Source of the DNA: Betaproteobacteria bacterium
GTDB lineage: Bacteria > Pseudomonadota > Gammaproteobacteria > Burkholderiales > UBA3065
Length of the DNA: 50,594 bases
Direction of reading: 5' to 3'
Assembly (NCBI GenBank): GCA_009923755.1
Contig: RFSW01000003.1
Location: 1-50,594 of the forward strand
Shown here: positions 26,502 to 37,006 of the stretch, one piece after another
Layout: the number at the start of each line of letters is the position of its first letter
How positions within the stretch are numbered: the stretch's first letter is position 1
Notes under the pieces: model-generated
Told to the model about the DNA's origin: nothing
Seen by the model: the letters and a program-made list of their open reading frames with translations, nothing else
Databases searched by the model: none
Position numbers and translations under genes: made by a program

Positions 26502-28370
26502 ATGACCGAGACCATCACCATCCCGCTGAGCAAACTTGCCCCCTGGACCGACAACGTGCGCCGCACAAGCGCCAACGACGGTATCGAGGAGCTGGCCGCC
26601 TCCATCGCCGCCCACGGCCTCCTGCAATCGCTCGTCGTCCGCAAGGGCAAACGCGGCAAATTCGAGATCGTCGCCGGCCGGCGCCGCTATCTGGCTCTCA
26701 CGAAGCTCGCCGCCGCCGGTGCCATCGACCAGGACTACGCCGTCGCGTGCATGCTGGCCTCCAGTGATATCGACGCGAGCGAGCTCAGCCTCGCCGAAAA
26801 TATCGTGCGGGCTCCGATGCATCCTGCCGACCAGTACGAGGCGTTCAGCGCTCTTGAGCAGCACGGCGCGAGCCCCGCCGACATAGCGGCCCGGTTCGGT
26901 CTCTCCGAGCTTGCCGTCACGCAGCGCCTGAAGCTCGGCCGTCTCGCACCCGCCATCCTCGGCGCCTACCGCGCAGGCGATCTGACGTTGGAATGCGCCC
27001 AGGCGTTCACCGTGACCGACGACCACGACGCCCAGGTCCGGGTCTATGACGACCTTCCGTCCTGGAACCGCGAGCCGCACATCATCCGCCGCGCCTTGAC
27101 CGAGGACGAGGTTCCTTCGTCCGACAAGCGCGTCCGCTTCCTCGGGCTCGATACCTATCTCGATGCGGGTGGCGCCTTCCGCCGGGATCTCTTCAGCGTC
27201 GATGGCGAAGGCTACATCCTCAATGTCGAACTGCTCGATCGTCTCGTCTCGGAGAAACTCAAGGCCGAGGCCGCACTGCTAGCCGCCGAAGGCTGGGCCT
27301 GGATCGAGACCTGTCCCGACACCGACTACCAGACGCTCGCGAGGTTCTCGCGCCGCCATCCCGAGCACGTTCCGCTCACCGACGCCGATCAGGCCGAGCA
27401 CGACCGTCTCGCCGAAGACTACGACACCCTCGTCGACGCCGACGATGCCGACGAGACGGCGCTCGCCGACATCGAGCAGCGCATGGACGCTCTCTCCGCC
27501 AAGTCGGAGGCTTGGTCCGCTGAGACGCTGTCCGTCGCCGGTGCGATCGTCACCCTCGATCATCAGGGCCGTGTGCGGGTCGAGCGCGGGCTCGTTCGCA
27601 AGGAAGACCTCGCGAAGCTCAAGCCGACCGCTGCCGACGACACCGCGTCCGAGCATGGCGATGCCCTCTCGGCGACTGCCAAACCTGGCTTGTCTCCCAA
27701 GCTCATCGAGGAGCTGACCGCCGAGAAGTCCGCGGCCATCGCCGCAGAGCTGACCGGTCTCCCCGACATGGGGCTGACCGCCGTGGTTCATGCGCTCACG
27801 CTCGAGATATTCTTTCCCGGCCGTGGCCAGCATAGCTGCCTGAAGCTCCGCCTCCAGGCGCCCGGCCTCGCCTTCTCGATGGCGAAGCCCGACGCGAGCA
27901 AGGCGCTGACCGCCCTGATGGCCGAGAAGGAACGCGTCGGCGACCGTATCCCCGGTGATCCTGCCCACCTCTGGGACTGGTGTCTCGCCCGATCCCGCGA
28001 CGAGCTGCTCCAGTTGCTCGCCTTCATCGCGGCTTATGCCGTGGACACCGTCCAAGCCAAGGGCGAGCGCGCCGACAGCGACCGCCTTATGCACGGCAAC
28101 GCTCTTGCCCAGGCCGTCACGCTCGACATGACCGAATGGTACGCGCCGACGTCGGAAGGCTACTTCAACCGGATCCGCCGCAGCCAGATCATGGCCTCTA
28201 TCGACGAAGCCAAAGGCGGCCACGGTCCGGCTCTCGACAAGCTCAAGAAGTCCGAGCTGGCCGCGCGGGCGGAAGTGCATCTGGCCGGAACGGGCTGGCT
28301 GCCGGAGCCGCTGCGCATCTCCGGGACGCCCGCACCGCGCGAGACCCGGCTCGCCGAGGCGGCGGAATGA
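26502..28370 (+). CDS. parB: large ParB/RepB/Spo0J N-terminal domain plasmid protein (622 aa)
   Basis: NVRR, ELAASI..HGLLQ.L.V, VAGRRR..A, SL.EN..R..MHPAD. Confidence 0.9.
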   Translation: MTETITIPLSKLAPWTDNVRRTSANDGIEELAASIAAHGLLQSLVVRKGKRGKFEIVAGRRRYLALTKLAAAGAIDQDYAVACMLASSDIDASELSLAENIVRAPMHPADQYEAFSALEQHGASPADIAARFGLSELAVTQRLKLGRLAPAILGAYRAGDLTLECAQAFTVTDDHDAQVRVYDDLPSWNREPHIIRRALTEDEVPSSDKRVRFLGLDTYLDAGGAFRRDLFSVDGEGYILNVELLDRLVSEKLKAEAALLAAEGWAWIETCPDTDYQTLARFSRRHPEHVPLTDADQAEHDRLAEDYDTLVDADDADETALADIEQRMDALSAKSEAWSAETLSVAGAIVTLDHQGRVRVERGLVRKEDLAKLKPTAADDTASEHGDALSATAKPGLSPKLIEELTAEKSAAIAAELTGLPDMGLTAVVHALTLEIFFPGRGQHSCLKLRLQAPGLAFSMAKPDASKALTALMAEKERVGDRIPGDPAHLWDWCLARSRDELLQLLAFIAAYAVDTVQAKGERADSDRLMHGNALAQAVTLDMTEWYAPTSEGYFNRIRRSQIMASIDEAKGGHGPALDKLKKSELAARAEVHLAGTGWLPEPLRISGTPAPRETRLAEAAE

Positions 28371-28538
28371 CCGCGGCCTTCCGGCTGCGCAGCGATGCGC
28401 AGCCGGTTCTCTTGAAGAACCGGGTGCGCCATAGCCGTGATCGCCTCCCTCCCAAAATTACCGAACTTGACCTCTCGCCCCGCCGATCTACGTCGCTTGC
28501 TGGCGCCCGCCATGATCCGGGCGCCGACGGACGAAGAT

Positions 28539-29582
28539 ATGACCACAGACCAAAGCCCACGAGACCTTCCACCCCATCACACCTCGGCACCCGGAACCCT
28601 GCTCGAAACACACGAGGACTGTCCGCTCTGCGAGGGCCGGTCACGACGGCTTCTCTGCCGCCATGGTCGCAACTTCGAGCGCCTCGATACGGTGATGTGT
28701 ACGGGTTGCGGCCTGGTGCATTCGCACCCGATCCCGGACCGCGAGACGCTCGCGGATTACTACCGGGAAACCTACAGGTCCGACTACAAGGCCGCTCGCA
28801 CGCCAAAGCTCAAACATCTCGTGCGCTACACCCCAGGCGTGCTCGCGCGTGTGCGCGAGATCCAGAGGCTGGCGCGTCCCGATCAGACAGAATTGCTCGA
28901 TATCGGGTCGGGATGCGGGGATTTTCTTTACATGGCCACCAAGCTCGGCTTCCACGGCCGCGGACTCGAGCCCCACAAGGGCTATGCTGCCTTCGCCCGC
29001 GACGAGCTCGGCATGCCCGTCGAGACAGGGTCCTTCGAGACCGCGACGTTCGACCCGGCGGCCTTCGACGTCGTCAACCTGCACCACGTGCTCGAGCACA
29101 TGTCCGAGCCCGTCGCCACACTTCGGCGCCTGCATACCCTGCTGCGTGAGGACGGCCTGCTGGCGATCGCCGTGCCCGACGTGTCGCTCTGCGCGCATGC
29201 GCCATGGACCCAGTTCCACCGGGCGCATATCTACAATTTCAATCACCAGACGTTGAGCGCCGCCCTCGCGCGCGCCGGGTTCGAGGTGCTCAATCCCGAA
29301 TTGGGCAGCACCTCGCTGATCGCCCGTAAGGTCTCGATATCCCGCGACAGCGGCCCCCGCTCCATGCCCTCCAATTACGCAGACCTTTGGGACCGCCTCT
29401 CGACCCATTCGGGGCCACGTCATTATCTGAGCCCCCGACCGTATCGCAGGCTCATGAAGAAGCTGATCCGCTATCCGGCGGAGATGCTCTGGGCAGCCCG
29501 ATACAGGACAGCCCGTCGCGTTCTCGACGATTGCTTCAATCGCTCCCCTAAGACACCCGACAACCCAAGACACCTTCCATAA
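28539..29582 (+). CDS. class I SAM-dependent methyltransferase with N-terminal Zn knuckle
   Basis: CPLC...C.GCG; LLDIGSGCG; FDVV.L.HVLEH. Confidence 0.88.
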   Translation: MTTDQSPRDLPPHHTSAPGTLLETHEDCPLCEGRSRRLLCRHGRNFERLDTVMCTGCGLVHSHPIPDRETLADYYRETYRSDYKAARTPKLKHLVRYTPGVLARVREIQRLARPDQTELLDIGSGCGDFLYMATKLGFHGRGLEPHKGYAAFARDELGMPVETGSFETATFDPAAFDVVNLHHVLEHMSEPVATLRRLHTLLREDGLLAIAVPDVSLCAHAPWTQFHRAHIYNFNHQTLSAALARAGFEVLNPELGSTSLIARKVSISRDSGPRSMPSNYADLWDRLSTHSGPRHYLSPRPYRRLMKKLIRYPAEMLWAARYRTARRVLDDCFNRSPKTPDNPRHLP

Positions 29583-29627
29583 TCGGCACGGACGTCAAAA
29601 ATACTTTATACGGAATATAAATACGCT

Positions 29628-29954
29628 ATGCTTGTGGGACCGATGCGTAAGAAACGTCCCGCCGATCGCGAGCCTTGCAGCAGTCCAGACGAGCTGCCAC
29701 CCCTCAGCGACCCCAACCACGTCGCCGAGTGCTACGCGAACCATACCGCAGGACTGAGCTTCCGGGATGGCGTGGTGCACCTGACCCTGAGCGTCGTCAG
29801 GCCGCTACACCTAACTACCGTCACAGGTCCGCACCTGGAAAATGTCGTCGTCGCACGCGTCGCGCTCTCCGAGCCTGCCATGCAGGCGATCGTGCAAGCC
29901 TTTGCGCAGCTCTGCGCCGCCATACAGACGCCCCGCCCGGAGAAGATGAACTGA
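29628..29954 (+). CDS. hypothetical protein
   Basis: ORF after AT-rich promoter; 'YAN...VVARV.LS' pattern reminiscent of DUF3467. Confidence 0.55.
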   Translation: MLVGPMRKKRPADREPCSSPDELPPLSDPNHVAECYANHTAGLSFRDGVVHLTLSVVRPLHLTTVTGPHLENVVVARVALSEPAMQAIVQAFAQLCAAIQTPRPEKMN

Positions 29955-30012
29955 TCGCGGGGGACCGCGTAGCCACGACCCAGCATCGCCAATTCCGGGA
30001 TCCCGCACATAC

Positions 30013-30309
30013 TCAGATGTTTCGCCGATACCGCCGGTCCTTCTGCGCCTTGGGCCGCGGCCCCTTGGCCGGCTTCACAAGACCCTCCGCCTGCAGAAAG
30101 CGCTCGAACCGCGCAAACGCCTTGTAGCCGGCCGGACCGTACCCGGAGAAGATGGCTGCACCCTGACGGTGAATGGCGACGGCCTCTCCGTCGGTCGCGC
30201 AGAAATGATGGCCGAGCAAATCCGCGCAGGGCTCGTCATAGGTCATGAAATTGGCGGCCGTCCGAAACACGTTCGCCGACGACCTATAGATCTCGATTAC
30301 GATCGGCAT
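30013..30309 (-). CDS. hypothetical protein, possibly leaderless
   Basis: TTGCCG-17-GATGAT ending 6 nt before ATG. Confidence 0.55.
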   Translation of the reverse strand: MPIVIEIYRSSANVFRTAANFMTYDEPCADLLGHHFCATDGEAVAIHRQGAAIFSGYGPAGYKAFARFERFLQAEGLVKPAKGPRPKAQKDRRYRRNI

Positions 30310-30366
30310 ACGGCAATCATCGCCGCGACCGCCGACAGCGGCAAGATGAGTGCCATCGCATGCAGC

Positions 30367-30558
30367 TCATATCCGGAAGGCCGGGCGACGTTGCAGTCGG
30401 TCGAGAAGCAGCATTGCGTGCCGCAGGTTCATGAGCGCCGTCTCATGAGCCGAAGATCCGGGCGTGAGCAGTGGGAGCACATTCCGCATGTCTCGGATGA
30501 CGAGGCGAAGCTGCGCCTCGGAATAGCGGCTCAATTCCAGGTAAGTCAGTAATCTCAT
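30367..30558 (-). CDS. 63-aa protein
   Basis: Strong AAGGAGG RBS; GC-rich structured-looking leader. Confidence 0.7.
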   Translation of the reverse strand: MRLLTYLELSRYSEAQLRLVIRDMRNVLPLLTPGSSAHETALMNLRHAMLLLDRLQRRPAFRI

Positions 30559-30857
30559 AGGGCCTCCTTGGTGAGGCCACGCACCGTGCGCGGCATCAAG
30601 GGACGCCTGACGCAGACCCGAGGGGAAGCCGCATCGCCTGCGACCGAAACGAACGTGAAGGAGTGTCCGTCGCCAACGGACACTTGCGGCCCACCAGCCA
30701 CTCGGATCTGCACACTGGCCGGCCTGTTGCCACGTTGCGCTGCCTCCGAGCGGAGGCTGGGATGACTGAGCTGCCCCTGGAATGGTCGCTTACGCAGGCG
30801 CGACGCGAGAATTTGACGGAGCGACCCGCTTGCTGCCAAAATGCGGCCTACTGAATT

Positions 30858-33509
30858 ATGAGCTCTCTGATCGATGCCCCGTCACGGCCCGAGGCCGTCC
30901 TCGAAACCACCCTCGCCATCCCGGGCGACCCGCTGCTGTCGGCACAATGGTATCTGCGGAATACAGGACAGAAGGGCGGCATACCCGGCATCGACATCGA
31001 CGTGCTTCCCGTCTGGCCCGATTTTGACGGCTCCGGTATCCGCGTCGCTGTAATCGACGACGGTTTCGATCTCCAGCACCATGAGCTCTCGGCCGCCTTC
31101 GGCCGGACTGCCGGATACGATTATCGTGCCAACGATCCCGACCCCACGGCCGGTCCGGGCGATCGCCACGGCACCGCCGTCGCCGGCATCATCGCGGCTG
31201 CCGCGAATGGTAGCGGGGTCGTCGGCATCGCGCCGGGCGTCGCAATCATGGGGCTGCGCGTCAGCTTCGAGGCCGATAGCACCGCCGCCATGTTCGAGCA
31301 GGCCTTGTCAGCCATCGTCGATGCCGACGTCGCGAACAACAGCTGGGGTTACACGCAGCCCTTCGCTGATAATTTCAGTGCGCCTTATATGCAGGTGATG
31401 CGCGCCGCAATCGAGACAGCGGCCGATCACGGGCGCGACGGTCTCGGTACCACCATCGTCTTCGCGGCCGGCAACGGACGCGCCTCCGGGGATGACACCA
31501 ACCTTCACTCCCTCAAGAACGCGAGCGCGATCATCACCGTCGCCGGCATCGACGCGTCCGGCCGCGCGCTCTCCTTCTCCACGCCGGGTGCCACGCTTCT
31601 CGTCTCTGCCCCCGGACAATCTATTCTGACAACGGACGTCATCGGCGCCCAAGGCTACGAGGCCGACGATGATGTCGCGCTCTCCGGAACATCGTTCGCA
31701 GCTCCGATGGTGAGCGCCGTCGTCGCCCTCATGCTCGACGCAAACCCGGCTCTCGGCAACCGCGACGTCCAGGAGATCCTCGCCTATTCGGCTCGCCAGA
31801 TCGATCCCAACGGCAGCCTCTGGCAGGTCAACGGTGCGGGCAACCGCAACGGAACCGGCCTCCATTTCTTGCACGACTACGGTTTCGGGCTTCTCGACGC
31901 GCATGCCGCCGTCCGCCTTGCCGAAACCTGGAACGCGGTACCGGCCACCAGCTCGAATGCCGTGCGCCTGACCGTAAGTTCGACCCTGTCGTCCGATATT
32001 CCCGACGGCTCTTCGTTCGTCCTCTCGACGATCAGCGTGACAACCCCACTCCGTATCGATCGCGCTGAAATCACGTTCGACATGTCCCATTCCCGTCCTT
32101 CGGATCTCGAGGTCGTGCTGATTTCTCCTCACGGCACCGAAAGCCGGCTGCTCGACCATCCGAACGTCGGCCAGCTGCCCATGTTCACATTCGGCACCGT
32201 CGCGAGCTGGGGTGAATCGAGCCTTGGCACCTGGACGCTGAAAGTCTCCGATACACGGACCGGCGAGCGCGGTCGGCTCGAGGGCTGGTCTCTCACGCTC
32301 CTGGGCGACCCTGTCACTGCCGACGACACCTACATCTTTACCGACGCTTACATCACGTCGGCAGCACCGGCTTTGGTCACAGACGCCAACGGCGGCGTCG
32401 ATACGCTGAACGCTGCCGCCGTCACGCAACCGGTCATCCTCGACCTCGGCGGGCGCACTGGCTGGCTCGGTGGCAAACCCGTCCACATCGCACCGGGCGC
32501 GTCGATCGAAGCGCTCGTGACCGGTGACGCGGACGACATCCTCACAGGCGATTCTCTTCGGAACCGTATTCTCTCAGGGCGCGGTGACGACCTCATCTTC
32601 GCCTCGACCGGCGGCGATCTGATCGATGGCGGACCCGGCACCGACACCTATGTCTATACGGATCGCTTCCGGGAGGCGCTCATCGCCAACACCGCCGAGA
32701 GCGCCACGCTGCGCCATCGCGACACCGGCGAGGTCACGCACCTGGCGCATATCGAGCAGGTCACGATTGCCCGCACCACCCTTCCGTTTCCGGATTTCTT
32801 GACCATCGCCGCTCTCGTCGACGGCTTCTTCAAGGACGGCGAGGCCGGGCGCGACATGCTGCGCGGCAGCCCCGACCGCGACGCGCTCTATGGCGGACCC
32901 GGCGACGATTACCTATTCGGCTTCGATCAAGCCGATTACATCCGGGGCGATGCCGGCATCGACCGGATCTACGCGGGAGCCGGCGACGACCTTCTCTTCG
33001 GCGGTGACGACGGTGACATCCTCTGGGGCGGTCTCGGCGCCGACACGCTCGAGGGTGGGGCGGGGCAGGACGCCCTGTTCGGCGAGGACGGCGCCGACAG
33101 GCTGAGCGGTGGCCCCGGCAACGACATCCTCTATGGCGGCGAAGGCGACGACATCCTCGCCGGCGGCGCCGGACAAGACACGCTCACCGGCGGGGCTGGT
33201 CGAGACACCTACGTGCTCGACGTCCTCGATGGCATCGTCGACTTCATCTTCACCTTCGAGGCGGATGGTCCGGAGGCAGACCGTCTCGATCTCCGCGCCC
33301 TGCTGACGGGTCTCGATCCCTCCGCTTCCCTCGACCGCTACATTGCCTTGTCGCTCCACGGCACGGACACGCTCGTCTCCGTCAATCCAGACGGGCTCGG
33401 TTCCGATGCCATCCCGCTCGCGCGCCTCGCCCACGCCAGTCTCGGCGAACCGATCCAGCATTACCTGGACCGTAACATCCTCATAGCTTTCGACGCGCAA
33501 CTCGCCTGA
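30858..33509 (+). CDS. S8 (kexin-like) serine protease with P-domain and RTX Ca-binding repeats; probable T1SS substrate
   Basis: VIDDG, HGTAVAG, AAGN, GTSFAAP; GGxGxD repeats; no signal peptide. Confidence 0.92.
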   Translation: MSSLIDAPSRPEAVLETTLAIPGDPLLSAQWYLRNTGQKGGIPGIDIDVLPVWPDFDGSGIRVAVIDDGFDLQHHELSAAFGRTAGYDYRANDPDPTAGPGDRHGTAVAGIIAAAANGSGVVGIAPGVAIMGLRVSFEADSTAAMFEQALSAIVDADVANNSWGYTQPFADNFSAPYMQVMRAAIETAADHGRDGLGTTIVFAAGNGRASGDDTNLHSLKNASAIITVAGIDASGRALSFSTPGATLLVSAPGQSILTTDVIGAQGYEADDDVALSGTSFAAPMVSAVVALMLDANPALGNRDVQEILAYSARQIDPNGSLWQVNGAGNRNGTGLHFLHDYGFGLLDAHAAVRLAETWNAVPATSSNAVRLTVSSTLSSDIPDGSSFVLSTISVTTPLRIDRAEITFDMSHSRPSDLEVVLISPHGTESRLLDHPNVGQLPMFTFGTVASWGESSLGTWTLKVSDTRTGERGRLEGWSLTLLGDPVTADDTYIFTDAYITSAAPALVTDANGGVDTLNAAAVTQPVILDLGGRTGWLGGKPVHIAPGASIEALVTGDADDILTGDSLRNRILSGRGDDLIFASTGGDLIDGGPGTDTYVYTDRFREALIANTAESATLRHRDTGEVTHLAHIEQVTIARTTLPFPDFLTIAALVDGFFKDGEAGRDMLRGSPDRDALYGGPGDDYLFGFDQADYIRGDAGIDRIYAGAGDDLLFGGDDGDILWGGLGADTLEGGAGQDALFGEDGADRLSGGPGNDILYGGEGDDILAGGAGQDTLTGGAGRDTYVLDVLDGIVDFIFTFEADGPEADRLDLRALLTGLDPSASLDRYIALSLHGTDTLVSVNPDGLGSDAIPLARLAHASLGEPIQHYLDRNILIAFDAQLA

Positions 33510-33546
33510 TTGCCCTCGCGCGTCGCTCGACGCGCTGACGCCACGC

Positions 33547-33761
33547 CTCCTGTCCGCCGCCGCAGAGCGGTCTCTCATCATGCCGACCATGCGCCAGGGC
33601 GCGGGCGCTTCAAGGGCTCACGCCCTCGGCTTCGGCTGCGCCGGCCGCCGGCCCCGTCTTGGAAGGGAGGGGGGCCGGTTCCGCACCCGCTCGGGCCCCG
33701 TCGCCTCTGTCCGGCATCGAGACCGCACTCACGCGGGGCTCGGCAGGACAAGGAGAAGCTA
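33547..33761 (+). repeat. hairpin leader family A, copy 2 (upstream of ardC)
   Basis: Identical blocks 33622-33649 and 33709-33727; outer stem ctcctgtcc pairs with ggacaaggag (RBS). Confidence 0.85.
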
Positions 33762-34667
33762 ATGTCAGCCCGTCATCAGATCAAAACCGAGCGCAGGGAC
33801 ATCCACGCGGAGATCACCGCAAAGCTCATCGCCAGCATCGAGGCCGCGCCCGGCCGTCCGTCACTGCCCTGGCGGCGATCGTCTGCGCCCCTCTTCATGC
33901 CGGAGAACGCGCTCACCAAGAAGCCCTACAACGGCATCAATATCGTCAGCCTCTGGGTTGCCGCCGAGGCGCACGGCTATTCCGTCCCTGTATGGGGGAC
34001 GTACAAACAATGGTCGGAAATGGACTGCCAGGTCCGCAAGGGCGAGAAATCGTCCCTCGTCGTCTTCTACAAGGAGTACGAGGCCGAGCCCGACCCGGAC
34101 AAAGCCGACGACGACGGCAAGCGCCGCGTAGCGCGCGCCTCCTACGTCTTCAACGCCGCCCAGGTCGACGGCTTCACCGCTCCCGGGGCACCGGAGCCGC
34201 TCGGTCCCATCGACCGTATCGCCGCGGTCGACCGCTTCGTCACGGCGACGGGCGCCCGCATCGAGCACGGCGGCGAACGCGCCTACTACCGCCCCTCGAC
34301 CGACCACATCCAGATGCCCGACGAGACGCTCTTCTGCGGCACGACGACCATGTCACGCTCGGAGAGCTACTACGCCGTCCTCTGCCACGAGATTCTTCAC
34401 ATGAGCGGCTCGGAGAAGCGTCTCAATCGCCAGTTCGGCAAGCGCTTCGGAGACGCGGCCTACGCCGCCGAGGAGCTCGTCGCCGAGATCGGCAGCGCCT
34501 TCCTGTGTGCGGAGCTCGGCATCACGCAGGATACCCGCGAGGACCACGCCCAGTACCTGGCGCAGTGGCTGACCCTGCTCAAATCCGACAGCCGGGCCAT
34601 TTTTACCGCCGCCGCCAAGGCCTCCGAGGCCGTCGCCTACCTCAAGGCACTGCAGGCTCCCTCGTAG
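33762..34667 (+). CDS. ardC: ArdC antirestriction / ssDNA-binding protein with zincin-like domain
   Basis: LPW, P.N..T...Y.GIN...LW, WGTYKQW...QVRKGEK, VFNA.Q, HEILH, YA.EELVAE. Confidence 0.92.
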   Translation: MSARHQIKTERRDIHAEITAKLIASIEAAPGRPSLPWRRSSAPLFMPENALTKKPYNGINIVSLWVAAEAHGYSVPVWGTYKQWSEMDCQVRKGEKSSLVVFYKEYEAEPDPDKADDDGKRRVARASYVFNAAQVDGFTAPGAPEPLGPIDRIAAVDRFVTATGARIEHGGERAYYRPSTDHIQMPDETLFCGTTTMSRSESYYAVLCHEILHMSGSEKRLNRQFGKRFGDAAYAAEELVAEIGSAFLCAELGITQDTREDHAQYLAQWLTLLKSDSRAIFTAAAKASEAVAYLKALQAPS

Positions 34668-34701
34668 GGAGCCTTTTCGACTCCCCTTCGGCGCTTATGT
34701 G

Positions 34702-34729
34702 ACCGGACACCGGGGTGATCCGGTTTTTT
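34702..34729 (+). terminator. intrinsic terminator after ardC
   Basis: accgga...tccggt stem followed by T-tract. Confidence 0.6.
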
Positions 34730-34791
34730 CAGAATTATGTCCAAAACGGCAAAATTGCAGAACCTGAAACGAATGCTCTATAATGCCCGTC

Positions 34792-35124
34792 ATGTCTCAC
34801 GCAGAAATACGATCCGAAGAAATTATCGCCTACCTTCAAAAGCTCGGCCTCGATTACAAAACCGCGCAAAACCTGGCCGCCCAGGTCGAGCTGGCGACCC
34901 AGCCCCAAGAGCCGCGTCTCCACAGCTCGCTCAGCATCCACGAGGCCCAGGACTGGCTTGCCGCCAACGATCCGGCCGGCGCCGACTACTGGCGGGCGCA
35001 GCAGCCCAATGTCGAGATGATCGCCGCCGTCGGCGAGCAGCTGATGCTGGCAAACGCAAGCCGCCAGCTCGTCTTCGACCGCGAGTGGCAAGAGCGCTAC
35101 CTGCGCGGCGATATCCCCGGATAA
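34792..35124 (+). CDS. hypothetical protein, likely leaderless
   Basis: TTGCAG-18-TATAAT ending 7 nt before ATG 34792. Confidence 0.65.
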   Translation: MSHAEIRSEEIIAYLQKLGLDYKTAQNLAAQVELATQPQEPRLHSSLSIHEAQDWLAANDPAGADYWRAQQPNVEMIAAVGEQLMLANASRQLVFDREWQERYLRGDIPG

Positions 35125-35140
35125 TCTGCCCGCCGGCGCC

Positions 35141-35515
35141 TTACGAGTCGCTGCCCCTGGCGGCTCGCTTCAATCTCAGAATGTGCCTGAACACCGCCTC
35201 CCAGGCCTCTGCGTCCTGCCGGCGGCAGCGCGCGTCGATCTCATCCCTCCGCGGAACGTCTACGGCCTCTTCGTAGTGCAGCACGCCGCGCAGCCGGTCG
35301 AGCATCGAGACCTGCTGCCGATCGCGCCGGATCAGCGTGCAGATGTATTGGCTCGCGCTGTTGTACCCTCCGGCTGACACCTGTTCCCTGACCCACGCCC
35401 TGAGATCGGGCGACAACGCGAAGTTCAGCGTGCAGCGTCCGCCTCTCCTCCGAACGGCGCGCGCGGATGAATCGTCGGGGTGCTGGGGCTGATCTGGAGT
35501 GCTTATGGGTGTCAT
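35141..35515 (-). CDS. ribbon-helix-helix, ParD-like antitoxin (no parE adjacent)
   Basis: LNFALSPDL..WV..QV..GGY.SAS.YI..LIR.D. Confidence 0.75.
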   Translation of the reverse strand: MTPISTPDQPQHPDDSSARAVRRRGGRCTLNFALSPDLRAWVREQVSAGGYNSASQYICTLIRRDRQQVSMLDRLRGVLHYEEAVDVPRRDEIDARCRRQDAEAWEAVFRHILRLKRAARGSDS

Positions 35516-35677
35516 GGACAAATGCTGCCATGCCCTGTCTCCTCACTCAATAGAGCGGGCGCGCAAAACCCAGTGTGCTCAACAATGACGCGAAAACAGG
35601 ACCCCCGGCAAATACCCGGACCATGGTTGCGGCGATTTCGGTTAAATGGACATGTTTCAAATTTGCAGAGCAATTAT

Positions 35678-35717
35678 TTGACGTATTCTGACATAATTGG
35701 CATAATCGCCAATTATG
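35678..35717 (+). promoter_or_regulatory. sigma70 promoter with 10-bp operator palindrome
   Basis: TTGACG-17-CATAAT; cataattggc-ataatc-gccaattatg covers the -10 and the ATG. Confidence 0.6.
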
Positions 35718-35933
35718 CAATCTGATTTTAATTTATTAAGTCGCCTTGCCGATCACCTCGAGAAATCCGGAAACTTCGAAAAAGCCTGGATCGTCGTCGC
35801 GGAGCTCGCCTCCAGCCTGCCTCCACGGCATCCATTCCACACGCGCCTCCTCGTGCTCGAGACCCTCCTCCAAGAACGCCAGCATCCCACGACGACGACC
35901 AGCCAACCCGCGCCGTCGCCTAAACCGCAATAA
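35715..35933 (+). CDS. 72-aa hypothetical protein
   Basis: ORF directly behind a good promoter. Confidence 0.55.
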   Translation: MQSDFNLLSRLADHLEKSGNFEKAWIVVAELASSLPPRHPFHTRLLVLETLLQERQHPTTTTSQPAPSPKPQ

Positions 35934-35946
35934 GCCGATCCGCGCG

Positions 35947-36198
35947 TCAATCCGCGGCAACAGCCGGCGTCACATAGCCCCGGCGCGCCCGCTCTCGGGC
36001 GAACTCGGACACGAGACGCGCCGCCTCACCGTGTGAGCCACACCAGTGCTCACGCTGCCCACCGCGGCGCCCGATCCGGCCCCACTCGCGGATCACCGCC
36101 CAGTCTCCGAACAGCGTCCTCTCGACCGACAAGCGATAATAGCGGGCCTCGTTGCGGGCCGTGTTTCGACGCTCGAAATACATTTCCATTGACATCAT
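35947..36198 (-). CDS. WGR domain protein
   Basis: RNEARYY.L.V...LFG.W...REWGRIG..G...RGY. Confidence 0.9.
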   Translation of the reverse strand: MMSMEMYFERRNTARNEARYYRLSVERTLFGDWAVIREWGRIGRRGGQREHWCGSHGEAARLVSEFARERARRGYVTPAVAAD

Positions 36199-36382
36199 GC
36201 CGAATCGTAACAGCGCCGCGATTCGTTGCGCAAGCACAATTGCAATTCCATGCGTTAACGGGTTTTGCCGTATCTCATTTGAAATTTATTAACGTCAATC
36301 AATTTATAATAGAATGTCCGTTTTATAATTAGCGGATTTATTGAACCATTTGGCGTCGCAGGACGCAGAAAGAGAAGCTACA

Positions 36383-37006
36383 ATGAAAATAAGTGCAGAC
36401 AATATTGCTCAACATCTGGTGGCCTTCGGCTATTCCGCCAAGGCCGGCAGCATCAAGGACCGCAAGACCGGCGAGCCGCAGGACGTCGTGTTCATCAACG
36501 GTCTCGGCAGCATCAACGCCTATCTGAACCTCTCTTCCGATCCCGGCAAGTTCGGGCTCAAGGTGTTCGGTAACCTGCCGGAAGGCTACGCCCCTGTCGT
36601 CCTCGACGACGATGGCCGCGTCATCCGTGAAACGGTCATCCAGAACGGCGAGAGGATCACCCGTGCCAAGCGTGGGGAAGCGCTCGACGCCGAGGCTCTG
36701 AAGCGGAAAAACAACGAGATCAGCCTCGTTGCCCGCAAGGAGATCTCGGCCGCCGTGCTGGCCGCCTATATGCTCGAAGCATCGGGTGGCGATCTCGAGA
36801 TGCTGCGCGAGGGCTTCCGTCTGCAGAAATGGGAAAGGAACGGTCAGAAACCCGCTCTCGACGGGCAGGAGGTGAGCGAGACCGCCATCGTCGACCTCTC
36901 CGCCGAGTTCACCGAGGCCGCAGACCCCGCCTCCCAGACCGAGGCGACCGTCGAGGCCGCTCAGACCCGCCGCAAAGTGAAACGCGAGAAGGGCCTCAGC
37001 CTCTAA
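36383..37006 (+). CDS. hypothetical protein with basic C-terminal tail
   Basis: Strong GC3 codon bias; ends RRKVKREKGLSL. Confidence 0.8.
   Translation: MKISADNIAQHLVAFGYSAKAGSIKDRKTGEPQDVVFINGLGSINAYLNLSSDPGKFGLKVFGNLPEGYAPVVLDDDGRVIRETVIQNGERITRAKRGEALDAEALKRKNNEISLVARKEISAAVLAAYMLEASGGDLEMLREGFRLQKWERNGQKPALDGQEVSETAIVDLSAEFTEAADPASQTEATVEAAQTRRKVKREKGLSL

Noticed and set aside
32880-33210. 27-bp periodic DNA repeats
   Set aside because: Explained by RTX nonapeptide coding
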